Origin: Pristiophorus japonicus
Lineage: Eukaryota
DNA: 64,000 nucleotides
Direction of reading: 5' to 3'
Assembly: GCF_044704955.1 (NCBI RefSeq)
Contig: NC_091982.1
Coordinates: forward strand, 235,662,001 to 235,726,000
Under the pieces are notes generated by a model. The model saw only the letters and a program-made list of their open reading frames with translations, was not told the origin of the DNA and did no database searches. Numbering within the stretch: position 1 is the stretch's first letter; each line of letters begins with the position of its first letter. Positions 35,404 through 48,379 of the stretch are shown here, one piece after another. The translations under genes and the position numbers were made by a program.

Positions 35404-35882
35404 ATAGAACATAGGAACATAGAAAATAGGTGCAGGAGTAGGCCATTCGGTCCTTCGAGCCTGCACCACCATTGAATAAGATCATGGCTGATCATTCACC
35501 TCAGTACCCCTTTCCTGCTTTCTCTCCATACCCCTTGATCCCTTTAGCCGTAAGGGCCACATCTAACTCCCTTTTGAATATATCCAACGAACTGGCCTCA
35601 ACAACTTTCCTTGGTAGAGAATTCCACAGGTTCACAATTCTCTGAGTGAAGAAGTTTCTCCTCATCTCGGTCCTAAATGGTTTACCCCTTATACTTAGAC
35701 TATGACCCCTGGTTCTGGACTTTCCCAATATCGGGAACATTCTTCCTGCATCTAACCTGTCCAATCCTGTCAGAATTTTATTTTTCTATGAGATCCCCTC
35801 TCATTCTTCTAAACTCCAGTGAATACAGGCCCAGTCGATCCAGTCTCTCCTCATATATCAGTCCTGCCATCCCGGGAATCAC
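35404..35882 (-). mobile_element. CR1 3' fragment
   Basis: RTRGHSL..FFTQRIVNLWNSLP plus tail repeats. Confidence 0.85.
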
Positions 35883-35937
35883 CTATGTTGATCTGACTGC
35901 AAAGTTAAAATTACAGCTGTGTTAGTTGCAATAAGTC

Positions 35938-36285
35938 ATCATCATAGGTGGTCCCGCGAACGAGGATGACATGCTTCCACGAGAGTTCACAGATGTTTCA
36001 ATGAAGGACCTGATGTTCCAGTCCTGAACTCTAATTGAGAGGGTGGAAGATGCCTGTACGTGGATTTTTTTTAATACGTGGTGACTGTTGCATACCAACC
36101 ACCACACGGGCTTGACAGAGCTAGGCTTTTACCCAGTGGCAAGGGTTAACCAGGACGATTAGAGACTTGCTCTGCTGCACGGACCTAGTGCGCGCACATA
36201 TCGCAGTGTGGGCAGGCCCGTGCTGCCCCTGGGCCCTCGGCTCTTCTGGGCCCCGTACCCTCATTCGCCGCACCTTCGCCCACGA
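35938..36285 (-). mobile_element. RTE-tailed non-autonomous element
   Basis: Reverse complement of the 1480-1946 family. Confidence 0.7.
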
Positions 36286-36732
36286 TGCAATAAGTACACA
36301 GACGGCAGTTACTGTACTTGGGCAAACTTTGAGGTTTCCTGCATTTCTTTACTGCCAGACCCTAGTTCTCCCCAATGTCCCGCTTGGTACTGCCAGACTT
36401 CACCCCTCCCCCCACTCCCTACATGTTGCCAGACCCGTGTTCCTCTACTCCCTGCTCTTCCTGGCTCCAGATGCTTGAGAAAAAGGAAAATGCAGTCCTG
36501 GTCTTCTTCCAGCTGTGCTCGAGGGGGGGGGAATATATATAATTGTGGTTCTCCTTCCTGCTCTTTAGCAACAGACCTTAGTTCAACTTGAGATTTGCAC
36601 TTTCTGGCTCTGCAAACGTAGCTGCTGAAAGTGAAACGAAAGGCTGCTTACAAAAGTAAACTACAAACTCTGCTCTGCTTCCCGCTTTTCCAGGTTCTCT
36701 GATTTAAAAAAAATACTCCGTTGCTGCTTCAG

Positions 36733-37310
36733 ACTTGTTTAAAAAAATAAAACCCGGGCTCCCAGCGGTTAATTTTTAAGAAACAAATTGTTATATTTTC
36801 CATATTTGAATAAAGCAGCGCACCTTCCGACTCTTTGTGACTAACAGTGTGTGTTTGTACGTACGTACGTGCGTGTATATCCGTTCTACAGACCCCAGAC
36901 TACCCACGAGCGACATCACAGGATATTTACCGATGGTTACAAAAGGTCTTGCATCTCCGGCATTGAAAATGCCCCAGGTGCGAAGTACGTCACACTGGCA
37001 TCTGATCAGCTCAAATGTCACATTCATAAACTAGCAACCGATCAGATAGAAAGCCACGGACAAGTGCCCTTACCTTGATCATTTCTTCCTTCAAGGTGAG
37101 GAACACGTAGGTGCCAGTTTAGTCAAACTTGCAACATCAATTAGTATCTAATTGTCTGGGGCCTGTGGAATGGTTATACATGCACGTAAGTAACACAGTT
37201 AGTCATAGAGTCGGAAGATACGATGCTTTATTCAAATATGGAAAATATACCAATTTGTTTCTTAAAAATTAACCGCTGGGAGCCAGGATTTTATTTTCTT
37301 TCAACAAGTC
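36733..37310. repeat. Long imperfect inverted repeat (foldback/MITE-like), arms of about 140 bp
   Basis: GGCTCCCAGCGGTTAATTTTTAAGAAACAAATTG.TATATTTTCCATATTTGAATAAAGCA mirrored by TGCTTTATTCAAATATGGAAAATATA.CAATTTGTTTCTTAAAAATTAACCGCTGGGAGCC. Confidence 0.85.
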
Positions 37311-37372
37311 AAGGTGTGCCTATTTGCAGCAATTAAACGTTGTGGCTTTTAAGGCTCGCATAGAATTACAAA

Positions 37373-37954
37373 GGGGGAGAAATTGGGATCGTTGGCACCT
37401 TCCCTTGGTGCTAATGGGGCGCAGACGACTTTTCGCCCGGGTTCAGGGGCGCTAACCACTCCTGCTAAATTCGGCGGGGGTTTAGCGGCGGCGGTAACCA
37501 GTAACCCCCGCCCTGCTCCGCTGCGCCGGCAATGACTACATCATCACCTTGCGCAGCGTCCCCTTTTTGCCCCGGAACAAAAAAAAGCTGCGCCGGGCGA
37601 CGGCAGCATCAGCTTCAGGGAGCATGACCGGGACGGCAGGAGGCTCGCAGGGCGCTAGTGAAAGGGGAGGTGTCGGCCATCTTGGAAATAAAATGTCGTC
37701 CTTTTCCTGAGCGCCCCGAGCCTCCGTGCCACAATCTGGCAGCCCGGCACTCCGCTTGAGTGCGCAGCGCTGCGCCCCGCTCTGTTTTGCTCCCGCCACG
37801 TGAGCGCCCCAGAGAGGAAGTAGAGCGCTTTACTTCCTCTCTGGAGCAGTAACTCCAATTTCGAGAGCGGAGTGGGGCTTCCCCGCTTGGCTCACAAAAT
37901 CCCGCCTCGCCGATGTTACTGTCCCTAAATGGGACGCAACGGAATTTTTCCCCC
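37373..37954. mobile_element. GC-rich MITE (Harbinger-like)
   Basis: TIRs GGGGGAGAAATT / AATTTTTCCCCC. Confidence 0.6.
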
Positions 37955-38082
37955 ATAGAATGTACAGCACAGAAACACGCCATTTGGCCCAGCTGGTCCA
38001 TATCGGTGTTTGTGCTCCACACGTGCCTCCCCCCACCCCTACTGCATTGAACCCCATCAGCATATCCTTCCAAGCTTGTTAC

Positions 38083-39272
38083 TCATCATCGTAGGCAGTC
38101 CCTCGGAATCGAGGAAGACTTGCTTCTATTCCTGAAGTGAGTTCTTTGGTGGCTGAACAGTCCAATACGAGAGCCACAGACTCTGTCACAGGTGGGACAG
38201 ATAGTCATTGAGGGAAGGGGGGAGTGGGTCTGATTTGCCGCACGCTCCTTCCGCTGTCTGCGCCTGACCTCTTCATGCTCGCGGCATTGAGATTCAAAGA
38301 GCTCAGCGCCCTCCCGGATGCACTTCCTCCACCTAGGGCGGTCTTTGGCTTGGGACTCCCAGGTGTCAGTGGTGATGTCGTCCTTTACCAGGGAGGCTTT
38401 GCGGGTGTCCTTGTAACGTTTCCGCTGCCCACTTTTGGCTCGTTTGCTGTGAAAGGAGCTCCGCATAAAGCATTTGTTTAGGGAGTCTCCTGTCTGGCAT
38501 GCGAACTGTGTGGCCTGCCCAGCGAAGCTGATCGAGTGTGGTCAGTGCTTCAATGCTGGGGATGTTAGCCTGGACAAGGATACTAATGTTGGTGCGCCTC
38601 TCTTCCCAGGGGATTTGCAGGATCTTGCGGAGACATCGTTGGTGATACATCTTCAGCGACTTAAGGTGTCTTCTGTACATTGTCGATGACTCTGATCCAT
38701 ACAGGAGGGTGGGTATTACTACAGCCCTGTAGACCATGAGCTTGGTGGTAGATTTGAGGGCCTGGTCTTCGAACACTCGTTTCCTCAGGTGCCCGAAGGC
38801 TGCACTGGAGGCAGTGTTTAATCTCTGCATCAATGTCTGCCTTTTGTTGATAAGAGGCTCCCGAGGTATGGGAAACGGTTTACGTTGTCGAGGGCCGCGC
38901 CATGAATCTTGATGATTGGGGGGCAGTGCTGTGCGGCGGTGACAGGCTTGTGGAGGACCTTCGTCTTACGGATGTTAAGCGTAAGGCCCATGCTTTCATA
39001 TGCCTCGGTGAATACATCGACTATGTCCTGTAGTGCAGCCTCTGTATGTGCACAGACGCAGGCGTTGTCCGCGTACTGTAGCTCAACGACAGAGGTTGGG
39101 GTGGTCTTGGACCTGGCCTGGAGACGACGAAGGTTGACCAGCTTCCCACTGGTTCTGTAGTTCAGTTCCACTCCAGCGGGGAGCTTGTTGACTATGAGGT
39201 GGAGCATGGCAGCGAGGAAGATTGAGAAGACGGTTGGAGCGATGACGCAGCCCTGTTTGACCCCGGGCTGGA
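38083..39272 (-). mobile_element. RTE LINE 3' fragment
   Basis: GVKQGCVIAP, QYADN, RMPDRRLPKQ; CATCATC tail on the plus strand. Confidence 0.88.
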
Positions 39273-39560
39273 CGTTAAAACAGATCCACTTAGCAGCAGA
39301 ATGATTGTGCATTACACAGTATAGTATTCCTGTTGTGAAACAGTGTATCTTCCAATTTACCACGAGCAATGCCGTGGCAGTTCGTTATTATTACAAATGC
39401 TTGTGGTGAAGACTCAGCAGCGTGAGTGATTGCAAAATCATCTCGTGGTTGTGTTCCGAACATGCGGGTTACTGGATGCTGGCAAGCACGCATGAAATAA
39501 TGTGCTAATAGCATTATGTAAGCTGGATTAATTAAAAATGATACAGGGCTGTAGATGTTT

Positions 39561-40261
39561 TATTGTGTTCCGAACACAGATGAGGCTGCACACAGGGAGG
39601 TTAAAATAACAGTGACCTCAGTCTTTATTAAGACACTCCAGATTGAGGAACAGACCTTTGGGGCCAGCTTATATACAGTGCTCACAAGGGATGCTGGGAT
39701 CCCTTAGGACTTCAGGGGATGCACTCCCTGGTGGCGGAATATGGGAGTGCATGCTTTACAGATGCTCAATATCACCCCCCCCCCTCCGAAAGTCAAAGTG
39801 AAAACTATGTACAAGGTGAGGCGGTCGGGAGCCTTTCTTTCCCTGGTGGACCGCCTCGGTACAAATGTCTGTTCTGGTGTGTTGGCTGTGCCCTCGCTGG
39901 GCTGGCGTGTTGTTGGCCCTGCAGGGCTGCTAGGTGAGCGTGGCCTTGCTGGGCTGTTGGGCATGATGGGTTCGATTTCCTGGTCCGGTGTGGTGTCGTT
40001 GATTCTTTGGGTGTGTGTTGTGGGCTCAAAAAAGGTGATGTCTGCTGTGGGTTGTTCAGGGCAGTCTGTGAACCGCAGCCTCGTTTGGGAGGTTAAAGTA
40101 ACAGTGACCTCAGTCTTTAATAAGACACTCCAAAGTGAGGGACAGGCCTTAGGGGCCGGCTTATATACAGTGCTCCCAAGGGATTCTGGGATCCCTTGGG
40201 ACTTCAGGGGATGAACTCCCTGATGGCAGAACATGGGAGTGCATGCTTTACAGATACAGAG
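39561..40261 (-). mobile_element. Internally deleted mini-copy of the 28-32 kb Gypsy family
   Basis: LTR, PPT, about 300 bp of post-integrase tail, then a partial second LTR. Confidence 0.8.
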
Positions 40262-40469
40262 CAGATGTCAAATGTGCTATTTGCGTATCTGAGCAGATCT
40301 GTGTGTGTATGTGTAAGAACATATGAAATAGGAGCAGGAGTGGGTCATTTGGACCCTCGAGCTTGCTCCACCATTTAATACGATCACGGTTGATCTGATC
40401 ATGGACTCAGCTCCACTTCCCTGCCTGCTCCCCATAACCCTTTATTCCCTTATCGCTCAAAAAGCTGTC

Positions 40470-40683
40470 TGATGCGTTCATAATAAAGGATGAAACTAAG
40501 TACTGTGAACAAAGAGCAAGTGTGACCTTACCTCCTTTTAATAAGACTCCAGAGTGCAGGTACCTCGTGGGTGGCCTGCTTATATACTGTGCTCCCAAGG
40601 GATGCTGGGATCCCTTGGGACTCCCAACGGGTAGACCCTCTGGTGGTAGTGTGATACAGGTGACGAGGGTTAAATCCATAACA
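40470..40683 (-). mobile_element. Solo LTR inserted in a CR1 3' fragment (about 40316-40945)
   Basis: TG...CA ends with 5-bp TSD CTGTC. Confidence 0.8.
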
Positions 40684-41029
40684 CTGTCTATCTCCGCCTT
40701 AAATATATTCAGTGACCCAGCCTCCACATCTCCCTGGGGTGGAGAATTCCACAGATTTACAACCCTCAGAGAAGAAATTCCTCCTCATCTCTGTTCAAAA
40801 TGGGCGACCCCTTATTCTGAGACTATGTCCCTAGTTCTAGATTCCCCCACGAGGGGAAAAATACTGTCTGCATCCACCTTGTCCAGCCCCCTCAGTTTCT
40901 TTTATATTTCAATAAGGTCACCTCTCATTCTTCTGAACTCCAATGTTGTGTTTTATTTTCTCATTACGAAGTGCTTGAATGTGACCTTCACCTTTGCATG
41001 TTTAATTTGGTTGTTGAGTTTGCAATACA

Positions 41030-41837
41030 GGGGCTGAAATTCAGGTCTGCCCGGAAACTGATCGCACCAACTGCTGTTGAAGTGTTTTTTCCCGCTGCTG
41101 TGGATGAGGCGGCCTCTTTCGCGAAAGTCAGCTCTGTGGTAATATTTTTGGAGCGGGCTGGAAGCTGGTCATACTGGAGGCGGACGTAGGGCGCTAAGCG
41201 CTCTGTCGGGGCGGAAGTGGATGTGGGACGGGCGTCTCCGCCGCCTGCCGCTGATGACATCATTACACGTGTGCATCACCGCGGCTCTCGCCTTCACTTA
41301 CAGGGAAGAAGGGCCTTCGCCATTTTTAAACTTCGGTCCACTGGGCCACCGGGAGGGTTTCGGCCGGGCCAGTGGCTTGGGCCGAGAGGGGGGGGCATGT
41401 CGGGCTGCCGGTTGGTGGCCTGGCCGAACCCGGGGGGGGGGGGGGGGCATAATTGTCGTCCCAACCTGGCAGTCGGCCGACAGAAAAACACAAACATGGC
41501 GGCCGCGGCAGTGCGCCCTCCCCTTGAATGAGCGCCGCACCGCCAGTGTTGCACACGCTGAAAACCCAGCGCACTATTGGGGGCATCGCGCGGCAGGATG
41601 AAGATTTTTCCAGGTGAATTTGGCTGGAGGTGCGGGAGGTCGGCGATGTGCGCTTTGATGACGCACTCCGGAAGGGTCGGCAGCAGCGGGGTGGAAGTTG
41701 GGACCGACGGAAAAAGCACCAAGGTGAATTTCGTTGGCGGCGGCCATTTGACCGCAAATTGGCGGCCATCCGACTCGCCGCCTGGCTGCCGCTTTCTGAC
41801 AGTAAGAGGCCTTTTCGGGAGGCTGAATTTCGGCCCC
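41030..41837. mobile_element. GC/CpG-rich MITE (Harbinger-like)
   Basis: TIRs GGGGCTGAAATTCAG / CTGAATTTCGGCCCC; flanks ACA/ACG. Confidence 0.7.
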
Positions 41838-42785
41838 ACGGTCTTAACGTTTGCTCTGCCCCACCCCCTCCCTTCTATCCTAATCGACCCATTTCTATTC
41901 CTTCTTGGTGCCCATCCGTTCTCGTCTCCTCACTGGATAGCACTCGAGATGTTTTCCGGATGTGAAGAACACTATGTAAGTTCTATCTTTTTCCATTCTT
42001 GTTTCTTTATCATGTCCCATTCCCGGTGAAGGGCACGGGGAAGAGACAGTGTATCTCAGTGAGATTTTTTTCCCAAACTGGGCATCAGTGCACCAGGTGT
42101 GTAAAGCGGAGTGCTTGAGTTAATTACTTGGAGAATTTGTTAATGGAAAGAGAGAAGTGGGGCAAATTCATCTGCAAACAGCCTCATTCATTGAACAAGC
42201 CAATTTGTTTAAAAACAAGTCTTTTTTCTCGCCTTAATCAAAGTATAGAAATGTTAACATTAGTTTTATTTTGTAATTGCTTTTCTAAAGTTTCTGTTGC
42301 CCCCTCCAAAAGGTGCTTACTAATACTAGAGTACAGTTCCACATTGCAGGCAATCTCCCACTATCCCACCCGTTCTCCATGTGTGAGTTATACAAATGAC
42401 TGTAGGCAGGGCTGTTCTGTTGGAGGGGAAAGGGGAAAAGTCATCACATCTGACTGACCCCAATCCAGTCTTGACGTGAAGTTTGCATAATACACGCAGT
42501 GATCCTATCCTGACCATACACACTTTTCACCAGTGCCGAACAGAGATCACTAAATGCCTACCATGAACATTTCTCTCAACCACGCCCGGCACCGCCCACC
42601 GCTTCTTCCCCCCCAAACACAATAAAGCCCGAGGCCAATAATAGTACTTGTACTACTCCCATGGTTAAGATGGGCTAGCTCTGCAAGGTTCTAAAGATCT
42701 TCGCACCGCACTGTGCAGAACACTTACCCATTGAATGTGATCAATTTGATTGTTGCACTTCAGTAAGTGAGAAAAAAACCTCCCT

Positions 42786-42866
42786 ACAATGATGACATTC
42801 TCAGAACTGTAACTGTAACTGAGGACAATGATGACATTCTCAGAACTGTAACTGTAACTGAGGACA
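42786..42866. repeat. Perfect 39-bp tandem duplication
   Basis: ACAATGATGACATTCTCAGAACTGTAACTGTAACTGAGG occurs twice. Confidence 0.9.
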
Positions 42867-42989
42867 GACCAAGATGAAGATAAGCCTGTTGCCAGTCTGA
42901 GTTCAGAGCAGCTTACATGACCAGTATTCTATAGACTGTAAAGATGTTTGGCCCCACAAACCTAAGAGTTCACCTGCTCCAGATAAGTG

Positions 42990-43461
42990 GAGTAGGTCAT
43001 TCGAGCCTGCACCACCATTGAATATGATCATGGCTGATCATGCAACTTTAGGAGCCCATTCCTGCTTTCTCTCCATACCCCTTGATCCCTTTAGCCGTAA
43101 GGGCCACATCTAACTCCCTTTTGAATATATGTAATGAACTGGCCTCAACAACTTTCTGTGGTAGAGAATTCCACAGGTTCACAATTCTGAGTGAAGAAGA
43201 TTTTCCTCATCTCGGTCCTAAATGGCTTACTCCTTATCCTTAGACTGTGACCCCTGGATCTGGACTTCCCCAACATCGGGAACATTCTTCCTGCATCTAA
43301 CCTGTCCAATCCCGTCAGAATTTTATATGTTTCTATGAGATCCCCTCTCATTCTTCTAAATTCCAGTGAATATAAGCCTAGTCAATCCAGTCTTTATTCA
43401 TATGTCAGTCCTTCCATCCCGGGAATCAGTCTGGTGAACCTTCGCTGCACTCCCTCAATAG
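42990..43461 (-). mobile_element. CR1 3' fragment
   Basis: MRGDLIETYKILTGLDRLD..RGHSL. Confidence 0.85.
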
Positions 43462-44111
43462 CGAGTGTTAGGATTTCACATTTAGCCCCATTGTCTCGAT
43501 ATCTGGCACGGGCTCGACGGGCCGAATAGCAGCCTCCTGTGCTGTAACGTTCTATGATTTCAGCATCAAATGTTTCCTGTTTAGCATTTGTTTACATGGA
43601 TAGTGTTCCTATTGGATAGTGTTCTGTTCCTGCCGATTCAAACTCAGGGGAACAGAACATAATCCCTCCTGGGTCATGTAAATGTTTCTGTCTCTGCTTA
43701 CATAAACTCATTCCATGCACCATAATTCTTTGTCAAGTTAGTTGTTCAACTGTGCAAGTTGCAGAAGGATGTGCTCCAGTTTCCTCCTGGTTTCAGCCGA
43801 TCGAGGTTGAGGGAATACCCTTTTTCTGAGCGTGGTCGGAATTTGTTGGTACAGGCAACAATGGGGCTTTTTTATCTGTTGGTTCAACCTCTGTTCATGC
43901 TCTTACTAATCGAGTCCATACTTCCCATGCTCATTAATGTTTTTGAAAGCATTATCCAGCTGATTCTTTGCGTGTTAGGCAAGGGTATTAAAGGTTACAG
44001 AACCAAGGCGGGTCCGTGGTGGTGAGGTGCAGATCAGCCATGATCTAATTGAATGGTGGAACAGGCTCGAGGGGCTGAATAGTCTCCTCCTATTCCTGTG
44101 CTTTGGTTAAA

Positions 44112-44522
44112 GAAAGACTTGCATTTATATAGCACCTTTCACATCCACCGGATCTCTCAAGGCGCATTACAGCCAATTAAGTACTTTTGGAGTGTAGTCA
44201 CTGTTGTAATGTGGGAAATGCAACAGCCAATTTGCGCACAGCAAGCTCTCACAAACAGCTATGTGATAATGAGCAGATAATCTGTTTTTATGTTGATTGA
44301 GGGATAAATATTGGAAAGGACACCGGGTTAACTCCCCTGCTCTTGTTCAAAATAGTGCCAGGGGATCTTTTATATCCACCTGAGAGAGCAGACGGGACCT
44401 CGGTCTAACGTCTCATCTGAAAGACGGCACTTCCGACAGTACAGCACTCCCCCAGTACTACACTGGAGTGTCGGCCTAGATTTTTGGGCTCCAGTCTCTG
44501 GAGTGGGACTTGAACCCACAAA

Positions 44523-44561
<39 letters not shown>

Positions 44562-44562
44562 T
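44112..44562 (-). mobile_element. Deu-type tRNA SINE
   Basis: Reverse complement of 2609-3072. Confidence 0.8.
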
Positions 44563-45356
44563 GGTTGACACAGGCTACAAGACCTCTTCTCGTTCACACG
44601 AAACATAGGTCTCCTGGAGCTTAAACCAAGCCCACTTACTCGTTTCAAATAGATCTTGGTCGATGCGATCATTGATTTTATACTGGGTGCTTTTCGTTAC
44701 AAATTTAAAGGACGTTATGCACAGCCTCAAATGCAGAAGAGAGGAAGCGACTGTTGGATTTCTGCACTCTGCATGGATTGCAAATTGCCTCCTCCCTGTC
44801 CCTTCTATTCCAGGTGAGAAGACCGAGAGTGCGAAAGTCGCGAGGAGTGATTTACCATCACCTTTTAACATTTTTTGGTATTTGATTTTTGTTCCACCTC
44901 TTTCTGGATAATGCTTTCTGTCAGGGATTATATTGCAGTCATGCAGTGCTGTGAGGCCATGTGTCGCACACTCATCTCTTGAATTGCAGCATTAATGTCA
45001 ATTTGAATTTGCTGTGTTGAATCTGTAAACAAAACCCCACAAACTATCCTACCACAAACACATCACTTGTAAGCAGGAAAATGTAGATCACCTTGAAATA
45101 ACACATTGCTCCGTTATCACATTTGATGGCTCTGCTACGCAAACCAACATACAACATCACCTTTTATACCCCTGGTCCAAAAATAATGGCCATTTCCAAG
45201 TGATTGTCCAAAGTTTGTTCTTTCTGTGTTACTGATTGTTTGGCTCAGTTCTCAGGAAAAATCTTTTCTCAGTTGGTGTATTTTCAGTCATTGACACAGT
45301 TTTCTTTTCCCCACTTGTAATTTTAATTGTTAAACTTCCTTTAAATTTAAGATAAT

Positions 45357-45971
45357 GGGCTAAAAATTCATTCCAGCCCGGTTTGAGGCGGTGACACCAC
45401 TTAGTGGTGAACTTTAACGCCAGGTGAGGCTTACCGGCTCCAACCGGGAAATTAATCTTAAACGCCCCAAGAGGGGAGTGGAGCGCTAACTGAAGCGTTC
45501 CAGACTCATCTTAGGGCGCTGACGGGGCGGTAACGCGGGATACCGGCATCTGAGTGCCTAAAGAGGACGTGAGGTGGTCCAGGCAACAACTGCAAGGAAA
45601 TGGAAGAAACGTTGGCACCAGTCTTCTTGAGGTCAGAAAGGTCAGTAACTGTAAATGAAGTGCAATCTGAACACTTACCTGGTCAGTCCTTCAGATATTG
45701 CCCCAGGATCCGCTTTGCAACACCTCCTTTCCCTGTCGGGAGTAACGCTACGGCAGGCGAGAGCAGTCAGGTTAGTGAACGCGGCACGAAGAGGGCGATG
45801 GATGCGCGTGACGTCACCAAGTGGGTGGCGCTAGAGTGCGCAGTGCTAAACGACCAGTGGCGTTAGCGGCAGGCTGTCATAGCTCAGCGCTCGAGTGGTA
45901 GGTGCTGAGCGGCTCATTAGTGCCCCTCTCGGGCGCCAACGGGTGGCGCTAAGCTGACGAATTTCGAGCCC
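45357..45971. mobile_element. MITE (Harbinger-like)
   Basis: Termini GGGCTAAAAATTC / GAATTTCGAGCCC around a CpG-rich body. Confidence 0.55.
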
Positions 45972-46938
45972 AAAGTGTATAAATCTGTTCTCTTCTGATG
46001 GCCAATGCCAGTTTCCCCTCGCTTTCAGTTTTGTTTTCATTTTAAATTCTGTCAAACCACTTCAGTGCCAGTTGATTTTTAACTTTTAAGAGGATGTGAT
46101 GCTCAGGGTGGTGCAGAGGTTGACCGTGGATGTGAGTCTAGGTCCACTCAAACTGTTTAAGGAGCGAGTTAGTTGGTTTGCAAGCTTTTCTCCCCCTCAT
46201 TTTAACCACTGAACATTAACAAAAAAGGAAGGCTTACACAGCGGATGTTGCATTTAGTTTGCATTTTAATCCCATTTTATTTTCTTAACCAATAAATTTT
46301 AGGTAGAGAACCTTCGAAAGTCCACAATTAAGAAATAAGGGGATCCAGTGTAGAGATTAACTATTGCCTTTTAGCTGAGAATCTTGTGTAAAGCAAAAGC
46401 AGATATCCTTAGATCTGTTCAAAGCGGAGTAAGAGAATAAAACTACTTCTGGAGGATGTGGGGATTGACGTTTATCTTGTCGCCATTATGGAGCCATATA
46501 TCACCATTGACAAACTCCATTTAACCCATCAACCAGCACAGCAGAATGTTTTCTTTGCTTTCCTCGTGGACATTTTTATAGCAAATGGCCTAGAATTCAG
46601 GTGTCCATTATGATAGGCTGAAGGGTAATATGGACAGCTATCTCCTCAATGGCGGTGGCTATTCTGATGTTTGATGGCAGCCCAAGGTTCATAGATGAAG
46701 TTGAAGACGTCCTCAGCATCTCCAAGAATAATGGAGCTTTACATTTAATGCCTGAGGTCCACCTGGAGTTTTGGCCGTAGTCTTCCTTTCTGAACAAACG
46801 TGCGATAACTATGTGTTTTGATTTTTCTTTTTACCTCGTACTGAGATCATAGTTCTCCCTCTACTGCCCAAAATTGCTGACTGCACCTCAAAGTAGTGTT
46901 AAAAGATGTATGCAAGATTAATGTGATATGTCAAAAGT

Positions 46939-47372
46939 CATCATCATCATAGGCAGTCCCTCGGAATCGAGGAAGACTTGCTTCCACTCTTAAAATGAGT
47001 CCTTAGGTGGCTGAACAGTCCAATACGAGAACCACAGTCCCTGCCACAGGTGGGACAGACAGTGGTTGAAGGAAAGGGAGGGTGGGACAGGTTTGCAGCA
47101 CGCTCTTTCCGCTGCCTGCGCTTGATTTCTGCATGCTCTCGGCGATGAGACTCGAGGTGCTCATCCCAGATGCACTTCCCCGACTTAGGGCGGTCTTTGG
47201 CCAGGGACTCCCAGGTGCCGATGGAGATGTTGCACTTTATCAGGGGGGCTTTGAGGGTGCCCTTGTAACGTTTCCTCTGCCCACCTTTGGCTCATTTGCC
47301 GTGAAGGAGTTCCGAGTAGAGCGCTTGCTTTGGGAGCCTCGCGGCTGGCATGCGGACAATGTGGCCCTCCCA
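46939..47372 (-). mobile_element. RTE 3' fragment
   Basis: TCATCATCATAGGCAGTCCCTCGG tail and RTE C-terminal coding remnant. Confidence 0.85.
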
Positions 47373-48379
47373 ACAATTGTGATCAGCGTGGCTGGACATT
47401 GTTTTTTTCTCCTGGTGTTAGCTCTGAAATATGGGTACTCAAGTACTAATGTGGTTAGATACATCCAGAAACATTGTACAAGGCTCAGGACTCTATCCTT
47501 GGATGCTCGACAGGCTGAGTAGTAGCTTAAAGAGCATGGTTTGGTCCCTCACAGTCAGAGAGTCAAGTGACGCATCTCTTAAGCATGAGCACAACACTGA
47601 GTGAGCCCTGCTCAGGGGAGGAGCATGGCAATCATTTTCAGAATTGAAGGGTCTCGTTAATCTTGAATGAGATAAGAGAATCTTTGTCTATTTTTGCCCA
47701 AGGGCCCCGCAAGTCTTGTATTCTTATACTGAACAGGCTGTGCACCTTCGAGTTCAATAGGTAGAAAGCAAGGATCATTCTAGTGACCCTGTACGTACTG
47801 CAGTAATCTTGTTTCTCCCCTGATTGACCATTTGGAGATGCATTGTCTTCAGGATAACGTGACCCTTCTTGAGAATTTTAGCAGTCAGCACCAACTAGCA
47901 GGTGGCCACTTTCTAGGTTGGATTGCTAAGGTTTTAAGTACAGTGGATTCAGTAGCTGCCTCTACCCTTCCCTGTCGCTCGTCCCCTCCCCATCCCCACC
48001 ACGCCGATCCTTCCTCTTGCCCTAACTCTTAACCCATGTCTTTCTCTAATTTATCTCCTGTCTCCCGTATCTGAGCTCAACTTGCCTGTGAGGCCCATTT
48101 CCTTCCCGCTTTTCCCCATTGCCACTAAATTGCTGACCATCTAACTTCCTTTCCTGGCTCCCTCATGCTAGTTGACATTGTAAACAATTCCCTCTCTTCA
48201 TGAACTGTCCCCCTCCCTACTGTCGTTACACTGTCCTAAAAAAAAACACCCTTGCTCCCTCTGTTGCAAACAACATAGTCCCATCTCCAACTTTTTTTGC
48301 CTCTCAAGTCCTTCAATGTACTGTTGCCTTCCAAATCTGTGCCCATCTTTCCATCAATTCCCTTTGAATTTGTCCCTTG

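Noticed and set aside
41030-41837. CpG-island promoter and overlapping GC-rich ORFs
   Set aside because: Bounded by TIRs, so better explained as a MITE; the ORFs are GC-content artefacts.
42786-42866. 39-bp duplication as a functional signal (also a 23-bp duplication near 53559)
   Set aside because: Simple local tandem duplication or assembly artefact with no further structure.
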